64,000 bases of DNA from NCBI GenBank assembly GCA_964247055.1, contig OZ176057.1, positions 3,720,001-3,784,000 on the forward strand. Direction: 5' to 3'. Both the position numbers and the translations under genes were made by a program. Below are positions 14,490-28,004 of this stretch, piece by piece. The stretch comes from Paragordius varius. Its lineage: Eukaryota; Animalia; Nematomorpha. The notes below the pieces were generated by a model, which worked only from the letters and a program-made list of their open reading frames with translations, was not told the origin of the DNA and searched no databases. Position 1 is the stretch's first letter, and each line of letters starts with the position of its first letter.

Positions 14490-15267
14490 CACGGGAACCA
14501 CCCCGGTACCGATTCCAAAATTTCAGGAACCACCTTTGTTCTATATATACACTTTTAGGAATCAACCCGGTTCCGGTTCCACCCCCTTAATTACTGGTTC
14601 CCATATGATTTATCTTACAAAAATTTTATTTTATTATTTATATTTGATTGTGCCACTATATATTACATACGTCAAACTTTAAACCTAAAACTCTGAATTT
14701 TGGACGATTCAACTGTTCTAAAACTAATAATCATAAATCGAGTTTGTTTATAACTCATATGTTCGTATACATAGGTCTCCGTTGAAAGAAGTTTTTTCAC
14801 CCTTAATTTTCTAATTTCAGACTTGAGAAGCAGTTTGATCAGCGAATCGCTTGGTCCTATAAATTTTTAAAGTTAAATAAAGATTTTTATAGACTTAATT
14901 TAACACTCATTATATACCTTTGTACTTAGATATTCTATTATATTTTTATAATTTGTTTCATTTATTATGCTGCACTCTATTTTTCCTTCGCTATACATTT
15001 GTTTATAATAATTTATTTAATTTATAATTATTGTTAATATTTTGATTGTATTATTTTAATAATAATTTTGTAAATCATTTAATCAAAAGTCAGGAACCAA
15101 AATTGGAGCCGGTTTTAAATGTAAAGAACCGGTTCCGGAACCGCTAAATTTTCAAGAAACCCCCGGTTTCGGTTCCAAAATTTCAGGAACCCCCCGGCTC
15201 TATTTTTATATTCATAGGAACCAACTGAGTTTCGGTTTCACTTTTTTTGAACCGGTTCCAAGCCCTG
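14490..15267. mobile_element. hAT-type MITE with GGAACCGGTTCC subterminal repeats
   Basis: Right end ggttccaagccctg, degenerate left end cacgggaacc; flanks ctttaaac / cttttaac (7/8 TSD). Two internal clusters of ggaacc/ggttcc are homologous to each other. Confidence 0.6.
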
Positions 15268-16120
15268 CTTTTAACTCTGAATGAAAAGTTATTATTGAAA
15301 AATTAAAATTAAAAATTGTCTTTTGAAAAAATATTTATCTTTTTGTTTTTATGTTTTTGTTTAAATTCATTTTTACTGTTTGTTCTACCTAGCTAAATAA
15401 AATATCTAATTAACGTGCATTTTAAATATATTGGCAAAAAAGTAATCCATGAAATTTTATAAATGTGTAATTTGTTAACTTAATTTTAAATGCGACTGGA
15501 TATTTAAGCGCTCACCGAATGGTGAATGTGATGCATTCGGAGTCAATTAAACCCAAAACTTAAATTAAAAGCTATAGGTTAGTAATAATAAAATCTATGC
15601 CCGAAGCAATTAGCTTGCGATCTTTGTGACTTAATTACAACACAATTTCACAAATAATTATCAATAAAATTCTTGTAGGTGCCCCATCTGAATGTGCCCG
15701 CTTTAATAAGCAACCTGTGAGAAATTTTGAAATTTTAATTTGCAAAAACTAAACTCATAAAATCTTAGTAAAAATGATACTTTTTAAACATCAATAAAGG
15801 TCAATAAAATTGGGAACGAACTAAATAGTTATATATTGTGTTATCATTTTAAAGGAAATCAATTACTTATTTATGCCTATATTTATTTCATATGAGCCCT
15901 GCAAAGCCGTTTGTTGAGTCACACACCTGGTTTAAACAGTTAAAATGACTTATGCTAAAAATCTAGACGGGCAACGCCACTATTTTTATGAAAGAAATTT
16001 TAAAAATGTGAAAATATGGGATAAAGTTGCTAATATATTTAGCAGTTTAAAGGTTCAATTGTCATCATTTTAATAAAGTGTTATAAAATGAAATAAAATA
16101 TACCGTATATACCATGTTAG

Positions 16121-19100
16121 AGAATCTACATTCCAACACTGTACTGTATGCCAGATATCAAGGAAATGGAGAATGGTTTTTTTGTTGGTCGCACATGGTA
16201 CCAGGCATTGAGTATATATTGCATACCCACACAATTTCAAACGACCCCAATGTCTCTTTAGCCTCAAACGAAGGGGTAAGAAATAAAAAACATTTAATAT
16301 CCAGAGTGCAAATTTAGAATGCTTATATTGTTAAAAACTAATTTTTTTTAAATGCATAATAATTTCTTTAGGGATTCGACTTAATATTTTTGGTGTTAAA
16401 CGCCACATAAGACAAATGAATGCAAAGAAAATAAAATGTAAGCAACTAATTAACATGAATGTTTTGGCATTAAATATTTTTGCTCGTTTTACTGTAAAAA
16501 TACAATACAGATGTTTGGTTAATTTTCATAAGTTTCGATGAATATCAATAATTTTATTATAGGCCTAGACTTTATCTGTAATTAAGATTTATTAATTATT
16601 ATATTGTAATTAACTATGGAAATGGTACTTAATTAAAATCCTTCCAAAATTTATTTTTTATTTAGCAGACTAGCTAAATTTTTTAGTTTATTTCCAATTA
16701 TATATGCTGCAAATGTTATACGGCTTCTAACAAAATAATTTAACAATAACACTGGGCATAAAATCGAGGGACATAAAAATATCCAATTGAAATAAATATA
16801 TTCGGATAGATATATTAGGATTCTGATGGTGCTTTTAGTTTTAGGCTTACGATTATTTTGCGATTTCGCAAAATTATAATTAGTTTACCTTATTAAAAAT
16901 TTTTTTGATAAAGGCTTAATGCTTATTCCAATCATTTAAATATAAGAAAATATATTTAGAAGAGCCCACCTATTGTCATAAATTTTAGATTTGTGCTCCA
17001 TTCCTAAATTTTTGTACGCTCTTTATAAACTGATCTTCTTAAAAGGAACCAAAAATGCCGAGAATTTGCGATACACCTTTTATAAATATGCTATATTAAC
17101 GAATCTTTAAATCGATTCTCAGGTGACGTTTAGAATAATCGATTATAAAAGTGTATATACAATATCTTAAGCGTTTTAATAACATTTCCACTATGGTTCA
17201 AAATACCATAAAACGCACTTCGCCAAATTGCTATGTTTCTCAGAAAGCATGACCTACAAATTATTACACAATCTTCGCCTTTTCTGGGTCAGAAAATTTG
17301 GGACTTTCGGAGGCATTTTAAATTTAAAAATTATAAAAATAGTGTTTTGCTTGGTGTGTATTTAATGATAATGTGGCACTGTTTTTCGCATTGTAGTACT
17401 ACGTCGAAAAAAAATTGCGACCTTTTTATTCGTATACAAAAAATTGAATTTGCTAAAATACATTCAGTTAAAATAACGCCTATAATGGTTAGTTTTGCAA
17501 AAAACTAGGATTGGCATATTTTTAATTTGTTAATATTTTAATTCTGCTCGAATTATACATAGATTTGGGTTTTTGACCAATCGGACCACTTATGAATGCA
17601 GAAATTGGCGCAGTGGTATAAACAAAATACTAAGATTTTACATTAGGCTAATCGTCCTTTCACTCAGAGCTTCAGCAAAAGAGGCCTATCAAAATTAAGT
17701 CCAAGAATATATTTTAATAAAAAATATGATCTATAAAAAGCTTTGTTTCATTTAAGTTTCAGCTAATTTAATTGTAGGATATGTTTTATTGTTATATAAG
17801 CTTGTGTAAGTATAATATAATCATTCAATATACCACACCAAAAATTTGGTGTGATAAATAAGCAACTATGTTTTGATTTTGTATTGCGTCAGTGTTAAAA
17901 AATTTGGATATATTAATGTATGAGGTATTAGGGATGTGTTTTAGAATTAAAAATTTTATTTTACAAATTGAATTTTACAATTTTCTAATATGGAGCAATT
18001 GTTACAAAATTGTAACTTTATAATAGCACTCCCAAGGTTTTTAAAAAGCACTGGTAGTCCTAATATTACATATCAGAGTGTATGTATTTCATTGGGATAT
18101 TTTTATCATGCCATTTAAATCAGTGTTAAGCGTATTCCTTGTTTTAATGGATGTAAAATATTTCTACTATTAATGAATAAAACATATTTAAGACACAATA
18201 TAGAATGTGTTTTTGGAGGAAATTTATGCATGAACCAGCTCATTATAAAATTCGAATCATACCTATACAATCGGAACAACTCAAATCACCTACTCTTAAC
18301 TTAACCATTGGTAATTAAGTATAATATTGTAATTTCTAGAAGCGATATTATACCGTTTTCACAATTACCATGAATAGTTCCAACAAAATTTTGCTAAAAT
18401 GTATTATAAAGCAAATTATGAATTTTCATATTTTTGGATGTCATCATTTTTGTCTTTATAATAAATAAAGAACATTTTACGGGAATCCAAAAATTTGAGA
18501 TTTTCATAGTTTACTTGAATTTTTAATCAATAAATTTGGTTTTTACTATTAAATTATAATTTTGATATATTATAAAGATAATTTTTAGCAGTTAGTTAAC
18601 ATCAAAAATTTTTTGGGTTTATTATGCTATCTTTCTATATGGATAAATTAATACAAATGCTGAGTAAACAATATGTCTTTAAAATTGCCCTACTATAGTT
18701 TCAAATAAGAAACCATTAAAATGCATACTTTATATAAAATATACGAAATGGTGTTTTAAAACTACATTTATTTTACCAAATACAAAGAAAGACACATTAA
18801 ATGTTTCTTATAATTGACCACCAAATAAAAAAAATCACAATTTTAAATTTACAAAATGCATATTTTCAATATATATAATTTAAATTTTAGGGTATTGTGA
18901 AAATTGGCAGTCCATTTGTAAGCACAATGAGTGCTCTTATGTTGTCTGTATAGCCGCATTAATAAATACATATGGTTATACAATGCTTTGTCCAAGTTGT
19001 CACAATCATGCATTAATCCCGACCGTTCTGATAGATTTTAAACGTAGTATTATTATCAATATTTTTTCGTAAAAAATTTAAAAAACCATTTGACTTGCTA

Positions 19101-20236
19101 TGAAACTTACAATTTGGATTAATTTTAAGAATATTTTAGAGTTAAATATATTATATATGTATTTAACAAAATTAGCAAGCAATATCAAATGGGTTACTTT
19201 TAAGCGAGTGATGGCACAAGCCTTTTTCAAACTTGATAAAACGTTGCTGTTAAGCCAGTTTAAAGAAACAATCATTACCGCAAACGCAATAACGATTGTG
19301 GAAAATACATGGGATATTTATGTGAGTTAGTTCATATTCCCAAATTCGATATTGTAACCAAGTCTTAAATGAATTACATTTTATTTGGTTTAATTCATTT
19401 TTTACAATATAAAAAGAGTATATGATCAAATATTTCGGTGTCGAAAATATTTTCAAAAAAATATTTTAGCTGCTGATTAGCTATTATGTTAAAAAATAAA
19501 TCTCTCATCAAATGTAGATGGTGCGGCATTCCGTTATCGGTTAACATATATACATTTTGGAGGAGTTTTGCTATCATATCATATCAAAGTTTGCATTTTA
19601 ATTTTTTTAACTTAATTTGGAAAACGATAGATATAGATTAATTACAAATAAAGTTTTGTTTCTTAAAATAAGGCATAGAGATGTAAATAGGTAACATACT
19701 CACTAATGCAATTAATTTTACTGGAAAAGTTTAGGTACATTGAGATAAAAAAGTTTGATTGTCTTCATTTTACTCTTTGTCCGCACAATATAAATTTTTA
19801 TTTTATTTTATAATGATTAAAGAAATTGAAAATATTTGATGTGTTAGTGTACCACAATACCATTCATTGCTATGCTTTTGGAGTTAATCCGATGTTCATA
19901 ACCTCATACAATTATAAGTTTTGTTACGTCTTTGTAAAAAGTATATATTTATAATATTCGTTAATTTTTTTTACTTATATTAGAAAACACCCTTAATCTA
20001 ATTATTTTACTTTTTTGGCAGATAAACAGTATCTAAATTGGGTCTATGGTCAATCTAGAAATCTAAGGATTGATAATGTTATAGGCCTACATTATATTTG
20101 TGCTCATTGTTACATAAACCCCGAGGGGAATGCTAACTTGCATAGATGTTATTTATGTGCAGAAATCGAGATACAGAATGAAGCAGAACATAATATAACT
20201 AAAATATTATCAAAAATTAAAATATACCATATATAA
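16121..20236 (+). CDS. Multi-exon gene with Ig/FN3-like beta-sandwich repeats, no recognisable ortholog (5' part unresolved)
   Basis: Phase-consistent chain 18204..18310, 18891..19043, 19176..19321, 19823..19940, 20022..20236 (GT-AG; donors gtaatt, gtagta, gtgagt, gtatat) gives ~245 stop-free codons. Recurring motifs: LKIFDV...HCYAFGVN, LRIDNV..HYICAHCYINPEG, YVVCIAALINTYG. Probable upstream exons at 16121..16275 (PGIEYILH, donor gtaaga) and 17763..17805. Confidence 0.6.
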
Positions 20237-21479
20237 ATTGTGTCTAATAATATGTTACAATATAATTTTTTCATTGATTTATAAATTGAGGTTACATAAT
20301 TTTATTTTATACTCGATAAAAGGTATATAAAGGCAAAAAAATACAATTATTTAAAAAAGTTCTTACGTGTACAAAATCGGACGCCATGAAAGAATATCTT
20401 GATGAAACAAATATTTTCTGATTGAAAAATATAAATAATCTCATGGTGCTTTTGGTTTTGAGGTTTACAACTGTTTTAAGAAAGTTATTTACACTTTTTT
20501 TAGTAAGTACTTCACATCTGGAAATGGCAAAATTTGCGCAAAATAAAACAATATTTGTTGTTACTCGTTTTTCATAACATCATTCATATGATTACAATAT
20601 ATATAATTGCGTGTAATAGGCTTTAACTAAAATTTAGATATATGGTTATAGATGGTTAAAAATGTTTTTGTTCGGATATGTTTTTCGTTTTGTCTATAAA
20701 ATTTTAATTTTTACCATTATATACAATAAAATCTATACACTTGATAATTAAGCAATTATATATGACATCCATCAGTAGGGTTACCCGATCTTTGCTTTAT
20801 ATAGCATTCAGTTTCATTTTCCAAATATTACCGTTTGACATCGTGCAAACTATATTTAAGACGGTGAATGTTATGTTTGTGGCTATATTTTGGCAAATGT
20901 AACTTAAAAATTTGTAGTTAATAAAATAAACGCTAAGACTTTTAAAAAAAATGCCATTTCAATCGAGTGTTTTCAAAAAAATATATTAACATTTTTTCCA
21001 AGTTGGTTTAAAAGAGAGACATTAATGAAATATATCCAAAAGTTTATTTAATATTTCAAAGTTAGCCCCTTGATGTAAAATTATTTTTTGCAAATGAATT
21101 TTATATTTTGAATCATTGATACCATTACCATAAATATTCAAGATTGTCAAACGAATTCTATATCGATTTGCGCAAAATAAATCTTATAAAACTAAATTTT
21201 TAACTTTTTTTTCATGCTAAGAATTGGTTAAGGCTATTTACTGATCACCGTATTGAGTGTTTCAAACTTCTTGTTTTGGATCTTCGATTTTCTATTTTTT
21301 GGAAATAGTAAAATATAAGATTAAGTGTGTCACCAATACTGTGAAAGTCATAATGACCCAGTTTATATCCATAATTTTTTATTTAAAAAATAAAAATCGG
21401 TGTTTTTTATCCATTGTTTTTTTCAATTAACTTTAAATATATAGTGTGCAAAAAATTTTTAACAAAAATTTTTTTTGAC

Positions 21480-22525
21480 ATATCTTATGACCAGTGAATT
21501 CATTTGCCGTAAAAATTATAATTTGTTTACGACCTAATTTTTGAGATATTGGGAGAAAAATAAAATCGAAATAGTGAAAATAAGGATAATTAAGGATAAT
21601 TCAAAAAATAATGATAAAAGTTGAGATATTAGGGTTGATTATCATTTTAGGAGATATTTTTAAATATAAATAGCCTAAAATTATGCTCATAGGTTTTCTA
21701 TAATCTCAGTTCAAAAGGCGTTTATAACAGACTTAAAAGTCAAAAAATATGAAACTATATTGAAATCTATTAAAAAAATTAAGCCGAAATGCGTACAAAT
21801 ATAAAAAATATATATTTGTACGCATTTCAGCTTAATTTTTTTAATAAATTTCATAATTATAATGCGTAATTGCCTCAACTTTAATATATTGAAATCATTT
21901 TTTTTATTTACCTGAACTCACTACTAAAATTTTATTCATATTTTATTCGGCAAAGAATTAAATCAAATTAAAACTAAAAATTATTGTTTTTTATTTTTTA
22001 TTTTTTGTCATCTGGTTGACGGTATAAAAAATTTACTTGATATTCCAATACTTTTAATATTTTGCATAAATACTTTATAAATCCCACTCATGTAAGATTT
22101 TAAAATAAAACAGCATAAATTATTTAAACACTCATAAACCAGATGACAAAAAATGAAAAAATAAGAACAGTATTTTCAACTTTATTTTGATATATGATTT
22201 TACTGAATAAAATATGAATGTTAAGATTTTAATAGTGAGTTTAGCCAATAAATAATTGAAAAAAATTATTATATTTAAGTTTCATAAAAATTTGTTTGTC
22301 TTTTAAGTGTATTAAAAGAAAAACATCTATTGACCTGAGATTTTATAGAAACCCTAACTATATGATTTTAGGCTATTTATAAATTTATAATATCTCCTAA
22401 AATGATAATAAACCATAATATCTCAATTATCATTATTTTTTGAATATCCTAATTTTCACTTTTTGCCCGATTTCAATTTTCTCTTAATATTTGAAATACT
22501 AGGTCGTCAACGAGTACTGTTTTTG
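21480..22525. mobile_element. Foldback-like element with long inverted arms
   Basis: 21510-21720 is an inverted homologue of 22330-22525, and an inner pair 21950-22030 / 22130-22270 is also inverted. Related copies at ~24435-24660 and ~25460-26200. Confidence 0.65.
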
Positions 22526-23407
22526 AAACTAACCCTCTTTTTTGCATACAGTATATATATATATATATATATTAAAATTCAAAAAATATATAAAATTCGA
22601 AAAGATCAAAATTAGAATGAACTAAATGTAAAACGTTAAAAAAATTATTATTTATAACGAATTAATTTACTCAATTTATATTTTCAATACGTTAAACATA
22701 TTTCGTAGCATGAAAAATTTTGAATTATTATGAATATATATACTCTTTATGGTAAATAGTATGAAGTAAATGAAAAAACTGATAAATACTACTTTTGGAT
22801 TTTCCTAAATTTTATTCAACGGACCTCACTATTATATAAACAGTTTTTTATTCATTACAATATTATTGAAACTATAAACAAGGTTGGGCGAGTAGATTGA
22901 TTTTTTTTGATTTAATAAATAGCCCGTAAATGCCAGAAAAGACCTAGCATGATTGTTTTAAAGGGTATTGCTTTTGAACAGAGGGGGCTTAAATAATCCA
23001 AAATAACGAATTAAGCGTAATATACAAGTTAGGCTCGATGATTGGCGCCTTTACAAAAAAATTTACCCACACATATGATAATATGGGACGATTTCGAAAA
23101 GTGTTTATTGATAAATTTTGAGCCAAGCATTGTTTTTTTTCAATATAATATGTAAACTTTACTAAAAGATAACGTTTTTAGCAAAAAGTTGTTATATAAT
23201 GCAAATATTGACAAATTGCAAAACTAACTCACGGACATATTTTTTTATTGACCTTGGTTCAAAAATAGTTCAATAACATTTTTTAAAGACCATTAAAGGG
23301 TGTCAAAAAGAGAAAATAGTTTTTTTCAGAATATACATTATATAAAGTCTTCAAAAGTATAATAAAATTATTTTGTTTTTTTGGGGGAGAAAATATATAC
23401 TTTCCTA

Positions 23408-23705
23408 ATGTTTCTACCAGCAATTATACTGATCTGTGCGAGCCATATGGCTATTACACAGCCCATGAAAAAAGATATCAAGCTCCAGTTTCGCAATAGG
23501 TTTTTTTACGATCAACTCATTGATCGATTTGAGGGCAGAGCTAATATGACTGTCAATTTTGCTTTTGCTACATTTTCCTACTTTAATATGACATATACCC
23601 AATTTATTGGCCAAGGAATTATTCCTAAACTAAACTTAGTTGATGGACCTTACTCAATATTACAAAATGGAGTTGCAATAAGGCATGGAAAAATTTCTTT
23701 ACAGG
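23408..23705 (+). CDS. Probable first coding exon of a secreted protein of unknown function
   Basis: ATG followed by a signal-peptide-like MFLPAIILICASHMAITQP, open for ~99 codons, GC-richer than the flanks, with donor cagg|gtaaat at 23706. Downstream exons are not resolved. Confidence 0.5.
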
Positions 23706-26486
23706 GTAAATTATTTAATATTAAATACTAACTCTATTTGATTCAAATTGGGGTATCTAAATTTCCCAGAAAAATTTAAATCTATATTTTTAAAAAAACT
23801 ATCGAGGAAACCCCAATTTAAATTTATATTCTATACGAACAAAATTATATAATAAAAATATCTAGATAGAACTTTTTGAAAAAAAAAAGTTCCATAAACT
23901 ACTAACGCCATTTTTTTTACAATTTTTTTTAAATATAGGTTCCTTTAAATTTAAAGGTAACATTAAAGCTAATTTTTTATTTAAATTAACCTAACATTCA
24001 TAGAAACAAAAATGAGGTATTTTGTATTGTTTTTCATTTTAGCCAATGCACACATGTTAAGTTGACTAAATTTTTAATTTGGGTTTTACATATAAATAAG
24101 TAGCATTAAGTTTTTTGATTAAATTTTTAATATATTTCGGTGTAGTTATATTATATAAAAGCAAACTTTTGCCATGGTTTTAATTCCTTCTATATTTTTT
24201 AAAGTATTTAATGCCGGGAGTATCCAACTAACCCAATTTGAAAAGAAGGACTAAAATGAATGTGATGTATCCAAATGTTAATTCAATTGTTAATGTCAGA
24301 AATATTTAATTTATTTTGTAATAACTTTTGAAACAAACTCCTATTCGAATAATTCACAAAACTTTTTTACATTTACACTGGCAAAAAGGAGGTTTAATTT
24401 TTTTACCAAAACAAATATTTTTTCATGAAATAGTCTTATGACCATTGAATTTTGCCGCAAAATTTTTTAATGTTGACCTTGTTTTATATTGAGAGAAAAT
24501 CGAAATTGCACAAGAAGTGAAAATTAAGGATAATTAAAAAATATAGATAAATATAATAACATATATTATCATTTTATCAGATAATTTTAATATATAAATA
24601 ACCTAAAATCGTATAGATGGGGTTTTAATAAAACTCAGAAGAAAAAATCGTGTTAATTAACATACTTAATGCTACGAATTTGTCAAAGTTTTTAGACACA
24701 AGCTAAAAAAATTTTTACTTGTATATATTATGAGATTTAGCCATTTTTCATAAATTAATTATATAGCGCAAATATTCTGGATTACAATCCTTAAACAGTT
24801 TCTTGTATTCTCTATATGAAGGTGATAAATCTGTCTTTCCAAAAAAATTATTATAATTTGGAACACAATGATATATCTTTTTCTTAGCCAATTTAAACAC
24901 TTTTTAATGATTGTATTTAAATATTCACATTTTCTATCAAACATAACACTTTTATCGTCGAAATCAATTTAATTCAAAACTAAACACTTATATATAAATA
25001 TTTTTTAAAAAAATGCAGTAAATACTGAAATTTTAGGGACAAAAACTAAAAATTTAAGGAATATATCTCATAAAATACAATCCTTTTATAAACCTTAATT
25101 TTTCTCATATATTTTTAAAAATGAAGTTTAAAAAAGTATGGATGTCTTTTAGTAAAAAATATTTTTCTTTATATTTTTAGGTTTTGTCCTTAATAATTTC
25201 AATTTTAACTGTAATATAAAAATTCTAGATGTTAGCATGATATCTTAATTTCCGTATTTTTTTGATACCTATTTATCTATTTGATAAGAATTTTTTTAAG
25301 GGTACATGTCCCTAAAGTTATCGCTTACTAACTAGACAACTGCACTTTAACAAATTAAATTTTATCTAAATCAAGGTCGAATTATTAATGTTTAGATTTA
25401 ATTCAAATAAAAAATTTAATTTGGGTTGAGTATAATACTGTGTGCAATAATTTTTAATTTTCATATGTTGCCGCAAACATTTTTATTTGTTCGACTTAAG
25501 TATTTATATTGGGAGAAAATTGAAATCGGATAAGTTAATGCATACACTCATAGTTTGATAATGAATTGCTTTTAGAGGATTCGAACTAGTCACCGTGTAA
25601 AATTTTGATATTCTATTCCAATAAATATATTTTTAATATATTTTCATATCAGCAAAAAAAACTATTTTATTTAATGAGATATCAAGATTTATCATTTTAG
25701 ATAGTTGCAAAATTGAATAGCCTAAAATTATATAGTTAGTAGGGTTTTTATAAAAATTCAGACATAAAATCGTGTTTTTAACACAAAATTTTATTTTGAT
25801 ATAAATAATTTACTTAATAGCTTAACTGGCCAATGATAGCTTAACCATAAAAATAACTTAAAATTGTTTTTTATTTTTTGTCATGTGGTTTATGAGTGTA
25901 TAATAAATTTACTCTTTAATTTTGGAATCTTACTTAAGCGGGAATTACAGTTTATAAATTTAAACAAATATGATTTCATTGGAATATCAACTAAAAATCT
26001 ATACCAATTCCAATAAAAATATTAATATGTCGTTAATAATCCAGCACTTGTAAATCCTTTTTTATACAAATTTATATAAGTTGTTCCCGCTCATTTTGGA
26101 TTCCAAAATAAAACAGTAATTTATTATATACTAATAAACTAGATGACAAAAAAATGAAAAATTAAACCAATATTCTATTAACTTTTTTTGATAAATAGGT
26201 TAAATTAGAATTCTTCCTGATGCCAAGCATAGAAAAGACTCCCATATATTTCTATCAGATGAAAATGACTATGATAAAAGTTTGAATAATGGGCATTTGG
26301 TGATTATAACACAAAATTAAATGAGGATTTATTCAAAGGATAATAAAAAACATAGCTTTAAAATATGAATTAATTTTAAGACGTTTTACAAATCAACCAA
26401 AAAAATATCAGATGCTCGGCTTTGGCTTTTGTCTTATTTTGCCCATAAATTTGTATCTCCAAAGGCGAAAAATAAAAAAAAATTCA

Positions 26487-26864
26487 TATACCATTTACAG
26501 TTCAAATTCACCTTTAAACAATTCAAATTCACCCTTGAACAATTCAAATTCACCCTCGAACAATTCAAATTCACCCTAAAAATAAATTATGAAATTTCGG
26601 TCTAATATAACCCATCATTTTAATTAAACATATTTTTATGGCAAAGTTTATTATTTTTTCAGTATTATTTTGATTACATACAAAGTTTCTTTTTTAAAAA
26701 ATATAAAAAAATATAGGTAATTTTCAATCTTAAAAAACACATAATTTATTTTAGGGTGAATTTGAATTGTACGAAGGTGAATTTGAATTGTTCAAGGGTG
26801 AATTTGAATTGTTTAAGGGTGAACTTGAATTGTTTAAGGGTGAATTTGAACTGTAAATGGTATA
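26487..26864. mobile_element. MITE family A, best-preserved copy (TA-targeting, Tc1/mariner-like)
   Basis: TIR TATACCATTTACAG...CTGTAAATGGTATA with four 21-bp ACAATTCAAATTCACCC units per arm in inverted orientation. The terminal TA is consistent with a TA TSD. Confidence 0.85.
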
Positions 26865-27563
26865 TTTATAAAATACTTATATACATGCGAAACGCAAAAC
26901 ACCTTTGTAATATATACAATTATATATGATCAATTAACATTCTTATTCACTTAATTTATCAATGCTAATAAAAAAACTTATTTTCTTAGAAATTTCGGTA
27001 TTCAGAGGTGGTAATATAAACATCGGATTGCTTGAGTCGTAATGTTTGGTTTTCCATTCTCACGCATTCAAATAAGTTAAAGGCCTAACTTTGAAAGCTA
27101 AAAGTATGTCATTTGTTAAAATGATTGCCTATTTGATTGGTATAATGAAATCGCTTATCAATAGGGAACTGATTCTCTACATAACAAAGGTTGGCTTTTA
27201 GTTTAGTATATAATTAAAGGTTTTTTAACAGTTACAACACCTTATCTATGATAATAACGGTAGTTCTCATATAGCCTCAATATTGATTGTATGTGTAAAA
27301 CAGGTATAAAACAAACATTTCAAAACTTTATGTTTTGAAAAGCGATTAAAATGCCTGAAAAATTGTACTATAACGATATTTTCATGGTTGTTTTATCACT
27401 GGTAGTATTATGAATCAAAAATATTTACCTATTTTACTGATTAAATTTGTTTAGCTAAAATATTATTGATAAAAATATGACCTTTAAATGGTTATTATCA
27501 TATATAAGTATGCATTTAATTTAATTTTATTTACAAGTTTTATTAAAAAGATTAAAATTTTAG

Positions 27564-28004
27564 ATGTACATTAATGAATCGGCTCTTAAAAAGTTTAAAT
27601 TGGGTAAAATATTGTTGATTTTATTTCCATTTTTCATATACGTCATACAACAAGTGCATGGAGGTATAAAAGTTTTACATTTATTTTATATTATTAAAAA
27701 TCTTTTACATTCTCAGGATTTCCAAAAACCAATTGCTATCCTCAACAATCTACAATTTTGAACGATATATCAACTTTAAACAGGTAAATAACTAACAAAT
27801 TAACTTTGGCCTTTGATTTAAGAGCCAAAATTTAGCATTTAAACTCAAAACTTTTTATTGAAAAACAGATTGAATCTAAATTACTATGTGGAATATTTTA
27901 ACCAAAGCGTCTTATATGTTATACCTGTTAATTTATCCACTTATCTTTCAACCTTTATCAAATTACCTGTTCATAATTTTACGCAAGCCCTTTTACGAGC
28001 CCGA
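27564..28004 (+). CDS. Cluster of probable coding exons, unknown product
   Basis: Donor gga g|gtataa at 27664, exon 27717..27783 (FPKTNCYPQQSTILNDISTLN, donor cag|gtaaat), exon 27869..28004 (LNLNYYVEYFNQSVLYVIP..., donor gtaaat). Phases 1 and 2 match without stops. Confidence 0.4.

Noticed and set aside
21235-21375. Minus-strand CUB-like peptide (YDFHSIGDTLNLIF)
   Set aside because: No AG acceptor between the upstream stop and the motif, and it is a short open stretch only.
26500-26580. CRISPR-like regularly spaced repeats
   Set aside because: Head-to-tail 21-bp units without unique spacers, inside a eukaryotic MITE.
27648-27662. QQVHG matching the cystatin QxVxG motif
   Set aside because: The spliced continuation (FPKTNCYP...) does not follow cystatin architecture; likely chance.
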